Of a stretch of DNA of 31,778 nt, positions 8,526-16,730 are shown piece after piece (position 1 is the first letter of the stretch; each line of letters starts with the position of its first letter). Location: the IMG/VR virus record IMGVR_UViG_3300032305_001620, positions 1 through 31,778 of that record. One strand, given 5' to 3'. Below the pieces are notes generated by a model, which did no database searches, was not told where the DNA came from, and worked only from the letters and a program-made list of their open reading frames with translations. This DNA comes from a virus (lineage: Duplodnaviria; Caudoviricetes). The translations under genes were made by a program, and so were the position numbers.

Positions 8526-9902
8526 ATGTATCTTGCAGAACAAGTAATCAATAAGTGGGCACCAATTCTAGACCATGAAGACCTTGAACCAATTCGCGAT
8601 GCTCATAAAAGAGCAACTGTAGCCACAATTCTGGAAAATACAGAAAAGGCTCTTGGTGAAGCTGGTTCTTATTCTCCAAGATCACTTCTTGAAGATGCTC
8701 CAGTTAACCAGACAGGTTCAAACATTTCAAACTTTGATCCAGTTCTAATTTCTTTAGTTAGACGTGCTCTACCAAACCTCATGGCATATGATGTCTGTGG
8801 CGTACAGCCAATGACAGGTCCAACAGGACTTATCTTTGCTATGCGTGCAAGATACAGCAACCAGACAGGTGGTGAAGCTTTCTACTCAGAAGCAAACTCA
8901 AGTTTTTCAACTCTAACTGCTGGCACTAACACTGCTGGTCAGCAGCAGGTTGGTAATATTCCCGGTAATACTACACAGACCATTAACTTGGCTTCTACCA
9001 ACACCTATAACTGGGGTTCAGGTATGGCTACAGCTAACGGTGAAGCACTTGGTACTGCTAACTCAACTGGTGGTTATCCTTCTGCACAGAACATTCCAGA
9101 AATGGCTTTCTCAATTGAGAAAGTAACTGTTACTGCAAAAACACGTGCTCTCAAAGCTGAATACACACTAGAACTTGCACAGGATTTGAAAGCCATTCAT
9201 GGTCTTGATGCAGAAACTGAACTCAGCAACATTCTTTCAACAGAAATTCTTGCTGAAATCAACCGTGAAGTAATCCGTACCATCAACTACACAGCAACAC
9301 AGGGTGCCACAGAAGGTACAGTAACAGCAGGTGTATTTGACCTTGATACAGACTCAAATGGTCGTTGGTCAGTTGAAAAGTTCAAAGGTCTAATGTTCCA
9401 GATTGAACGTGAATGTAACCAGATTTCAAAGGCTACAAGACGTGGTAAAGGCAATATTCTAGTCTGTTCTTCAGACGTTGCTTCAGCACTACAGATGGCA
9501 GGTGTTCTTGATTATACACCAGCACTCAACAGCAACAATCTACAGGTTGATGATACTGGTAATACTTTTGCTGGTGTTCTTAATGGTAGAATTAGAGTTT
9601 ATATTGACCCATATGCTGGTGGTCAGAACTCTGCTTCAGGACAGTACATGACAATTGGTTATAAGGGCGCATCAGCATTTGATGCTGGTCTATTCTATTG
9701 CCCATATGTTCCACTCCAGATGGTACGTGCAGTTGATCCCGGTTCATTCCAGCCAAAGATTGGTTTCAAGACACGTTATGGTATGGTAGCCAATCCATTT
9801 GCACAGGGTGCTACAGCATCTGCTTCATGGACAGCATCATCTGGTATTGATAAAGATGCAAATGTTTATTATCGCCGCGTAATTATCAGCAACTTATTTT
9901 GA
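8526..9902 (+). CDS. gp23: Major capsid protein
   Basis: KWAPIL, DPVLISLVRR, GVQPMTGPTGLIFAMR, RALKAEYTLELAQDLKAIHGLDAE, FYCPYVPL, FQPKIGFKTRYG; probable maturation site LLE/DAP. Confidence 0.99.
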   Translation: MYLAEQVINKWAPILDHEDLEPIRDAHKRATVATILENTEKALGEAGSYSPRSLLEDAPVNQTGSNISNFDPVLISLVRRALPNLMAYDVCGVQPMTGPTGLIFAMRARYSNQTGGEAFYSEANSSFSTLTAGTNTAGQQQVGNIPGNTTQTINLASTNTYNWGSGMATANGEALGTANSTGGYPSAQNIPEMAFSIEKVTVTAKTRALKAEYTLELAQDLKAIHGLDAETELSNILSTEILAEINREVIRTINYTATQGATEGTVTAGVFDLDTDSNGRWSVEKFKGLMFQIERECNQISKATRRGKGNILVCSSDVASALQMAGVLDYTPALNSNNLQVDDTGNTFAGVLNGRIRVYIDPYAGGQNSASGQYMTIGYKGASAFDAGLFYCPYVPLQMVRAVDPGSFQPKIGFKTRYGMVANPFAQGATASASWTASSGIDKDANVYYRRVIISNLF

Positions 9903-9926
9903 CAAACCTGTTCTAATATTTATCTT

Positions 9927-9954
9927 AAAAAGAGACTTACAAGTCTCTTTTTTT
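9927..9954 (+). terminator. Rho-independent terminator after gp23 (potentially bidirectional)
   Basis: AAAAAGAGACT-TACA-AGTCTCTTTTTTT hairpin with T tract. Confidence 0.85.
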
Positions 9955-9996
9955 GTGCTATATATAGAAGAGATTGAAAAAAAGAAAGGTTCTATC

Positions 9997-10848
9997 ATGG
10001 CTATAATTTATAAATTCACATCTCCTTCTGGTAAACATTATATTGGATTGACTTCTTCCACTATGGAAAGACGTTGGAGACAACATGTAACTCTTTACAA
10101 TAAACTTTCACGTAAAGGTGTTGACTATCGTGGCAATTCAGCCACACCAATTCTATTCTATGCCTTTGATAAGTATAATCCAAACCTATGGGAACGTAAG
10201 ATTCTTTTTGAAACGGATAATCTTGAGGAAGCAAAATCAAAAGAAATTGAATTTATTGCTGAATACAAAACTACAAATCCAAACTATGGTTACAATGTTC
10301 TTGTTGGTGGACAAACAGGTTGGGCAGGTAAAAATCTCTCTGAAAATCATAAAGAAAAACAATCAAAATCACGTATTTCTTGGTATGACACAGAAGAAGG
10401 AAAACTTTGGAAAGAACAACTCTCACAACGTTGGTCTAATACAGAAAACAATCCATCAACACTGCGTATTGGTCAGCCCGGATTTGCTCATACAGAAGAA
10501 AGTAAAGCTAAAATTTCTGCTGCCAATAAAGGTAGAAATTTAGGTGTATCAAGAGATTTTACTGAAGAACATTGTAAAAATATTTCTAAAGCCAAAAAAG
10601 GTAAAAAGCTTTCTCCAGAACATAAAGAAAAGGTTGTAAATGCTCTTGTTGGAAGAAAACAACCAAAATCACAAAAACAAAAAGTAGCAGATGCCAATTC
10701 TATGGATTGGTTGGTCACAACTCCTGATGGTAAAGAAATAAAAATAACAAACCTTAGACAGTTCTGTAAAGAAAACAATCTTTCTCAAGGAAGTTTAACT
10801 ACTTATGGAAAATCAAAAGGTTTCAAAGTTCAAAAGCTTGAAATATAA
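9997..10848 (+). mobile_element. Free-standing GIY-YIG (Seg-like) homing endonuclease with NUMOD3 repeats
   Basis: IIYKFT...GKHYIGLT....RW.QH, KE..FI, GYN; repeats LSENHKEKQS, HTEESKAKIS, FTEEHCKNIS, LSPEHKEKV; C-terminal NLRQFCKENNL helix; start trimmed to ATG 9997 after GAAAGG. Confidence 0.92.
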
Positions 10849-10851
10849 ATA
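10844..10851 (+). promoter_or_regulatory. T4-type late promoter TATAAATA
   Basis: Exact consensus overlapping endonuclease stop, 30 nt before ATG 10881. Confidence 0.8.
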
Positions 10852-10880
10852 TTAAATAAACAAAAAATAGAGATAAAGTC

Positions 10881-11462
10881 ATGAAAACCTTTAAAGAATT
10901 ATTAAATGAAATGATTATAAAAGATTTTCCTCCACATTTTCGTGAAAGACCAATTATAGGACCAAGACCAAGATTTCCTCATGATGGACCCCATTGCCCA
11001 CATCCTGATTGTCCTCATGAAAAAGATCATTGGTTTTTAGACCCTAGAAGGCCAATAATACCATATAACACGTATAAAAATAAACTTGAAGAATCATCTT
11101 CCCATGATGAGATTGTTGATAATTTAACTGGTGGCTCTATTGATGATGGAATAACTGGTCATGGATTTAGACAAGCTTTAAAAGCAGGATATTCAAAAGA
11201 TAAAATTATTGATATTTTGAAGAAAGGTTGGGGTCATGGTGAGGAACGTTTTAGACGTGGCGGAACTGCACATGAAGTATATGATTATTTGGATAGAGAT
11301 GAAAGACCCATTAAAAGTATGTTTGGTGGTCAATATCTTAAAAGAAGTTTAAATATTGGTATTAGAACTCGTAAATTAAACCCTGAAGATCATTTACCAG
11401 ATCATCATTTACAAACTGAAAAAGAATGGAAACAAAAATATGACAAAGAATATGGTAGCTAA
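10881..11462 (+). CDS. Putative capsid-packaged internal protein (Pro-rich module plus second module)
   Basis: Leader MKTFKELLNE resembles T4 IP capsid-targeting sequence; internal LEE at aa 69-71; late promoter. Confidence 0.65.
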   Translation: MKTFKELLNEMIIKDFPPHFRERPIIGPRPRFPHDGPHCPHPDCPHEKDHWFLDPRRPIIPYNTYKNKLEESSSHDEIVDNLTGGSIDDGITGHGFRQALKAGYSKDKIIDILKKGWGHGEERFRRGGTAHEVYDYLDRDERPIKSMFGGQYLKRSLNIGIRTRKLNPEDHLPDHHLQTEKEWKQKYDKEYGS

Positions 11463-11520
11463 ATAAAATTGGGTCTAACCCACGAAGGTCTACAAAGAGG
11501 CCGCGCTTAACAAACTTTTT

Positions 11521-11550
11521 GAGGAGGTTTCACGTGAAACCTCCTCTTTT
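11521..11550. terminator. Bidirectional terminator formed by a perfect 26-bp palindrome
   Basis: GAGGAGGTTTCACGTGAAACCTCCTC is self-reverse-complementary, followed by TTTT; lies between convergent ORFs. Confidence 0.8.
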
Positions 11551-11552
11551 CA

Positions 11553-11882
11553 TTATTGCTTCAGATCAATATCATATGGTTTATTTTTATTTTCATCTGG
11601 TTCAATTGTAACCACAACTTGACCGTATTGATATTTGGCATTAATTTCACTCTTATCTATCTGATCATATGTTGAAATATAGCCAAAAACTCTGTTTTCA
11701 GGAACAAGAACTATAAGAATCTTTCGTTCTTTATTTGAAATTTTAATATTTACAGGAGAAATGCCCGGCAAATTAAATATATAAGTCTTTTTTCCTGATG
11801 TATGACTATGCTTTGCAGGAACAAAAACTTCCTTCTTTGGAGTAAGATCAATAACTCCCTTAAAAATATCTGCAAGTTTCAT
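11553..11882 (-). CDS. Small heat-shock (Hsp20/alpha-crystallin-like) protein
   Basis: Start trimmed to ATG 11882 after GGAG; Y.F..NLPGI....I.I and ID...I.AKY.YG.V.VTI motifs with I-x-L tail; 109 aa. Confidence 0.7.
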   Translation of the reverse strand: MKLADIFKGVIDLTPKKEVFVPAKHSHTSGKKTYIFNLPGISPVNIKISNKERKILIVLVPENRVFGYISTYDQIDKSEINAKYQYGQVVVTIEPDENKNKPYDIDLKQ

Positions 11883-12006
11883 AACCGTCTCCGTTTTATA
11901 ATTAACCACAAAATGAGGATATACCTCTTTAGAGAATGTATCAACTAAAAAAAGTTTAATGATAAGGATAGATAAATAATTAAATGATTTGAACAAGGAG
12001 ATATTT

Positions 12007-12519
12007 ATGACTAAAGACCCTAAGTGGATTGAATTAGCCAAAAAAGAAGTTGGAACAAAAGAAGGTGTTGGTTCAGCAAACAACCCTAAAGTAGTTTCAT
12101 ACTGGAAAGATGCTCAACTATCATGGATTACAGATGATGCAACTCCTTGGTGTGCAGGATTTGTTAATGCTATGTTGGAACGTGCAGGTATCAAAGGTAC
12201 ACGTAAAGCCAATGCCAGAAGCTTTCTGACTTGGGGTATCAATGTAACCAATGGTTTCAGGTCTACCCCTTACTATGGCTCTATTGTAGTGTTTTCACGA
12301 CCACCTTCCCTTTGGAATGGTCATGTAGGCTTTCTGATAGCACATGACAAGAATAACGTTTTGGTCATTGGTGGAAATCAGGGAGATAAAGTTTCCTATG
12401 CAGTATTTCCAAAATCAAGAGTCATTGGTGTGAGATATCCAACTCTACCAACTAATGACATGCTTCTACAAGAAGTTTCCAATTTAAATGGTTATAAACC
12501 ATCACCTTCTGAGGCTTAA
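12007..12519 (+). CDS. TIGR02594-type NlpC/P60 cysteine peptidase (putative peptidoglycan hydrolase)
   Basis: P.W...A..E.G.KE..G...NP, D.TPWC..FVN, ARSFL.WG, GHVGF, GGNQ motifs; AAGGAG SD before ATG 12007; GATAAATA late-like box at 11971. Confidence 0.88.
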   Translation: MTKDPKWIELAKKEVGTKEGVGSANNPKVVSYWKDAQLSWITDDATPWCAGFVNAMLERAGIKGTRKANARSFLTWGINVTNGFRSTPYYGSIVVFSRPPSLWNGHVGFLIAHDKNNVLVIGGNQGDKVSYAVFPKSRVIGVRYPTLPTNDMLLQEVSNLNGYKPSPSEA

Positions 12520-12523
12520 GTGA

Positions 12524-13021
12524 ATGTTAAAAACTTTTATAGATTATTATAGAGATTTACGTGATGAACACCAATCTAGAAAAAAAACTAGACAATTTGA
12601 AAAAGATAAACAAAATTATTCACATGTTTATGATAAAGCTATGACAACATATAGACAATACAAAAATAAAAAAACTTCTCCTCACGAAAAGGAAAGTTTA
12701 GTGAGAGTATTACAACACCATCAATCAGAATTGAAAAGAATGGGAAGTTTACACCATCCAGATATAAAAATTAAAGATCATTATGGTTTCATTCATAATG
12801 AAGGAAGAAAATCTCCTTTAAAATATTGGAACATCAACAAATTACATAGATTTTCAAAAGAATTTTCTTATTCATATCCTGAAATGGAAAAACTTTCACA
12901 TGAAAAAGGTGGTGATCTTCCTGAAGAATTTTATTCAAACAGTTTCGTTTTACATCCCTCTGATAGAAAACTTATTAAAAATGAAATAGATAGGAGAGAG
13001 TTTTTAAATGCAAAGTTTTAA
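12524..13021 (+). CDS. Hypothetical protein with capsid-targeting-like leader
   Basis: MLKTFIDY leader; C-terminal KSPL..W...SDRK.IK.E module shared with next ORF. Confidence 0.55.
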   Translation: MLKTFIDYYRDLRDEHQSRKKTRQFEKDKQNYSHVYDKAMTTYRQYKNKKTSPHEKESLVRVLQHHQSELKRMGSLHHPDIKIKDHYGFIHNEGRKSPLKYWNINKLHRFSKEFSYSYPEMEKLSHEKGGDLPEEFYSNSFVLHPSDRKLIKNEIDRREFLNAKF

Positions 13022-13640
13022 AACGTTTACTGGAAAACATAAAGTGTGGTTGCATCATTCAAATGGAGCAACACCTTGGAGTGAACATGCAGGAACAAAA
13101 TATGGGTATCATGAAGCTTGTATGGAAGCACAAGCTGCTGCTATAGAAAATAGATGTAAAACTTCTGTAATTCATGATTCTTTTGGTCCTTTGAAAGTGT
13201 TTGGTGCTGATGGAAAAGAATATTTACATGAATCAACAGAACAATCAGGCCATGATATTTTTCATGCTGCAGCAAAAGAAGCAGCTAGAATTGAAAAACA
13301 AAAATACAAATTAGAAACCCAAAAAGATGTTTTAGGACAAGACCTTTATCAAAAATGGAAAAAAAATGTTATGGGTCCAGCACCAGAAGAACATCCTACT
13401 ATAAGGTCTTTGAAACAAAAAATATCAAATCTTGAACAAGAAGCACAACCACATCATAAATTAATGGATAAACATTTTTATGATAGAAAAGATGATATAT
13501 TTGTAACTAAAAGTGATTCAAAAACACCACTAAGAAAATGGAGAGACGATTGGTTAACTGATATGGAAAACCATTATCAAACATCTTCTTCTGATAGAAA
13601 AAAAATTAAACAAGAATTATTCTACAGGAGATATTATTAA
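13008..13640 (+). CDS. Hypothetical protein with capsid-targeting-like leader
   Basis: MQSFKTF leader; YLHE junction at aa 75; KTPL..W...SDRK.IK.E C-terminus. Confidence 0.55.
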   Translation: MQSFKTFTGKHKVWLHHSNGATPWSEHAGTKYGYHEACMEAQAAAIENRCKTSVIHDSFGPLKVFGADGKEYLHESTEQSGHDIFHAAAKEAARIEKQKYKLETQKDVLGQDLYQKWKKNVMGPAPEEHPTIRSLKQKISNLEQEAQPHHKLMDKHFYDRKDDIFVTKSDSKTPLRKWRDDWLTDMENHYQTSSSDRKKIKQELFYRRYY

Positions 13641-14971
13641 TGTTATCATTTAAGAATTTTTTGATAGAAGGATTGGATAATCAAGTTCATTTTAATCCTT
13701 CTGCTGAAAAAATTCATGCTATAGTAAAAAGATCAATTTATAATCATGCAAGATTTGCAATTGATCATAACAATAATCTTTGGGTTGGTGATTCTTATAA
13801 TTTCATTCATGCAAATCTTGGAGATGGAACACCTCAACAAAATATGAAAAATCATGTATATCATGGTTATATTCAATCAAAAAACAATCGTACACCTACT
13901 ATACATCTTTGGAAATTAGGAGAAAATGGTGGTCCAAGAGTATGGCATCCAAAAATAGACAATCTTGTAAATTCTGGAAAATTTCAATTATATGAAGGTG
14001 TTTTTGATTCTTATGATGATAAAACTACTGGTAATTATAATGTGAAAGCACATAAAAAATATTTTGATTATCAAGGAATACACAAAATACCTATTTCATC
14101 ATTAATAAAAACACAGCACGATTACAGTGATGAAGTTGTACATTCTTATTTAAATAAAGAAAAAACTCCTTGGGTTGATCATTTAGATCATAATGATCCT
14201 ATAGATGTTATTTTGCATAATGGTAAACACTATATTCAAGATGGGCATCATAGAGTTATGGCAAATTTAAAAATAGGAAATACAACTGTTAATGCCCATA
14301 TTCATAAAACAAATAAAAAATTCAAAGAAGGAAAAAGATTTTTATTTGAAGGTGCTAAATTATATCATGGCACCACAAAACCAATTGAAAAATTAGAACG
14401 TCAAAAAGACAATTGGATGGTTGATAGATCATTGGGTACACATTATGCTGGTGATAAAGATATGTCAGATAAATTTGCTAAAGGATTATATAAAGATAAT
14501 GATCATGGTCATTCTCAAACTTTTGAAACAAGAAGACCTCCAAAGTCAAAATTAGTTAAGGTTAGAGGAAAAGGTTGGGATCAAACAAATATTTCAACTC
14601 ATGTAGCACATACTGTTTTATCAAATCCAAACAATAAAGATTTATATTATAAATGGTATGCTGCAAATCATCAAAACGGAAATCCTCAACATGCAGAAGA
14701 ATTATATAACAAATTGATGCAAAACAGAGGACCAAATAGACAGACAAATTTTAAACATTATGCCAGAGGCATTGATCCCGGTATGCATATGATGGGTCAA
14801 GACGGAAAGGAAGAAATGGTAGACAGATATCACCAAGACATGAAGAAAAAAGGAATTATGGGAATTGAATATATTAACACATCTCCTTCAGAAACTAAAG
14901 GAGTTAGAAATAAAAAATCTTATGTAATTTTTGATCCTACAAAATTACCACACACAAGGAAACCCGTATAA
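13640..14971 (+). CDS. Three-module protein: unknown domain, ParB/Srx-like domain, ADP-ribosyltransferase (ART-PolyVal-like)
   Basis: MLSFKNFLIE leader; IPISSL..TQ...PI.V....G..YIQDGHHR (ParB-N); LYHGT...G.HY...A..FA...GIEY.N..E....SYVIFDP (ART-PolyVal-like). Confidence 0.72.
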   Translation: MLSFKNFLIEGLDNQVHFNPSAEKIHAIVKRSIYNHARFAIDHNNNLWVGDSYNFIHANLGDGTPQQNMKNHVYHGYIQSKNNRTPTIHLWKLGENGGPRVWHPKIDNLVNSGKFQLYEGVFDSYDDKTTGNYNVKAHKKYFDYQGIHKIPISSLIKTQHDYSDEVVHSYLNKEKTPWVDHLDHNDPIDVILHNGKHYIQDGHHRVMANLKIGNTTVNAHIHKTNKKFKEGKRFLFEGAKLYHGTTKPIEKLERQKDNWMVDRSLGTHYAGDKDMSDKFAKGLYKDNDHGHSQTFETRRPPKSKLVKVRGKGWDQTNISTHVAHTVLSNPNNKDLYYKWYAANHQNGNPQHAEELYNKLMQNRGPNRQTNFKHYARGIDPGMHMMGQDGKEEMVDRYHQDMKKKGIMGIEYINTSPSETKGVRNKKSYVIFDPTKLPHTRKPV

Positions 14972-15867
14972 TGTTATCATTCAAACAATTTAAATCTACA
15001 AAATCAGATGCTATGATGCCTTTGATCAATGAGTTTGTGGAATACTGCACAAACTTTTTAGAAATAGATGATACCCCACAAATCACAATCGTTAAAGATG
15101 GTTCTATAGGAACAGCCTTTGGTTGTTATTGTGAAGGAGAAATTAAACTCAATATCATCAATAGACATCCTATGGATGTTTTGAGAACTCTTGCACATGA
15201 GATTGTTCATTACAAACAAGATTTGGACGGTGAACTTCATGAGACTTCAGGAGAAACTGGTTCAGATCATGAAAATGAAGCTAACTCAATGGCTGGTGTT
15301 TTAATGAGAAATTTTGGTAGAGATAATCCTGATCTATTTTCTTTTGGTGCAATTTTGGAAAGTTTAAACGAATCTGAAGTCTTTGGAAAAGTGTTTCATT
15401 TCACAATGCAAGATGGTAGACGAATACATTTCATTCCTCAATCTATTTTAAAAAACGGTAGATATAAGGGATTGCAATTTGATGAAGGTTCTGCTGGTAG
15501 AAGTGCAAAGAAACCAGTAAACACTTCATGGGACAGACAATTTTTTAATCAATCAGTAGAAACTCCACAACATGAAATTCCAAATCATGTTATGCCTTAT
15601 ATTTCTCTTCAAGAATTAAAGGTTGATGATAATAATGGTGGTGGTTGGGGTGGTGGTCCCGGTAAATGGCATCCTCCAACAGTTTTAAGACATGAACAGT
15701 CAGGTAAACAAATTAAAGTTGGAGATACCGTTACAACTTTTCGTGGTGAAAAAGGAAAAGTAAAATATATTGCACCACCAAGACATGAAGCTTCTCAAGG
15801 ACATGTTGAAACTACTTTAGGTTATCATTATGCTAGTGTATATGGTTGCAAATTCTTTCACGTTTAA
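14971..15867 (+). CDS. Zincin metallopeptidase-like domain plus two small modules
   Basis: MLSFKQF leader; LRTLAHEIVH..Q followed by ENEAN (HExxH+E); ILE/LNE and LQE junctions; last module SH3/KOW-like (IKVGDTVTTFRGEKGKV). Confidence 0.72.
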   Translation: MLSFKQFKSTKSDAMMPLINEFVEYCTNFLEIDDTPQITIVKDGSIGTAFGCYCEGEIKLNIINRHPMDVLRTLAHEIVHYKQDLDGELHETSGETGSDHENEANSMAGVLMRNFGRDNPDLFSFGAILESLNESEVFGKVFHFTMQDGRRIHFIPQSILKNGRYKGLQFDEGSAGRSAKKPVNTSWDRQFFNQSVETPQHEIPNHVMPYISLQELKVDDNNGGGWGGGPGKWHPPTVLRHEQSGKQIKVGDTVTTFRGEKGKVKYIAPPRHEASQGHVETTLGYHYASVYGCKFFHV

Positions 15868-15879
15868 AGGAGATACATT

Positions 15880-16089
15880 ATGAAAGTTTGGTTTATTGTT
15901 CTTACACTGACAACTTGGGATAACGGAACACCACAGACAGATCACATTGGTCAATACAAGACTGAAGAAGAATGTCTGACACAGCAGTATATGCTTAAAG
16001 ATTCCTATGCAAGAAATTTCCCTGAAGGTATTGTCAATGTGATTGATATTCATTGCGAATCAAAAGAAATAAAGAAAAAGAAGAAATGA
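15880..16089 (+). CDS. Small hypothetical protein with hydrophobic N-terminus and two Cys
   Basis: AAGGAGA SD; MKVWFIVLTLTTW; EEEC...C; 69 aa. Confidence 0.65.
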   Translation: MKVWFIVLTLTTWDNGTPQTDHIGQYKTEEECLTQQYMLKDSYARNFPEGIVNVIDIHCESKEIKKKKK

Positions 16090-16730
16090 TTACATTTAAA
16101 CTGTTTTTAGAAACATATTATCCTGAATTATCAAAAGAGACTAAAAACAGTTTCAAAAGAGTAAGTCACACATCTTTTACTAAAGGTAAAATACCAGAAA
16201 ACAAAAAATATTTACACAATCATTATGCTAATCATTGGACTCCAGAAGAAAAAAAAGCAATAGACAATTATGCTGATGGAGATGGTCATACATTAAATAC
16301 CCAATTTGATAATCAAAAATTTCAAAAACAAATATCACATATACGTTCTGGAATAACCAAAACTGCAGCACCTCATGAAATGCATGTATACATGGGGGTT
16401 AGAAAAGACCCAAGAACTGTTGGTAATAAAATAAACGATACTACAACAGAATTAAAAACAAATAGATTTTTATCTACTTCTTTAAATCATAATGTAGCTT
16501 ACACTTTTCAACCAGAAAAACATAGAAATAGCAATAAAGGCGAAAAACATATAATTAAAATAAAAATTCCAGAAGGTAGTAGACACGGTGCTTATATAGC
16601 TGGAGTTTCCGCTTATCCAGAAGAAGATGAATTTTTAATCAAACCATCAACTCTTCATATTTCAAATACACCAGAAATTGGTGGTAAACATAACAATATT
16701 TTTATACATCACGCAAAGATAATATCATGA
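16086..16730 (+). CDS. VIP2/Alt-like (R-S-E clade) ADP-ribosyltransferase domain protein
   Basis: Start trimmed to ATG 16086 (MITFKLFLE); TPEEK.AI..Y.......LN, VYMG, FLSTSL, I.I.IP.G..GAYI...S.Y..EDEFLI. Confidence 0.85.
   Translation: MITFKLFLETYYPELSKETKNSFKRVSHTSFTKGKIPENKKYLHNHYANHWTPEEKKAIDNYADGDGHTLNTQFDNQKFQKQISHIRSGITKTAAPHEMHVYMGVRKDPRTVGNKINDTTTELKTNRFLSTSLNHNVAYTFQPEKHRNSNKGEKHIIKIKIPEGSRHGAYIAGVSAYPEEDEFLIKPSTLHISNTPEIGGKHNNIFIHHAKIIS

Noticed and set aside
314-10848. Group I introns or inteins housing the GIY-YIG genes or interrupting gp20/gp23
   Set aside because: Flanking genes are intact with their own stops, spacers are too short for an intron core, and no intein-sized insertions are visible in gp20, gp23, UvsW or gp46.
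11883-12083. N-terminal 67 codons of the 176-aa minus-strand ORF call
   Set aside because: They overlap the start of the NlpC/P60 gene; a GGAG-preceded ATG at 11882 gives a clean Hsp20-sized protein.
15880-16089. Membership of this small ORF in the capsid-targeted set
   Set aside because: It has a hydrophobic N-terminus instead of the [TS]-F-K leader and its own strong SD; it is probably an independent insertion.
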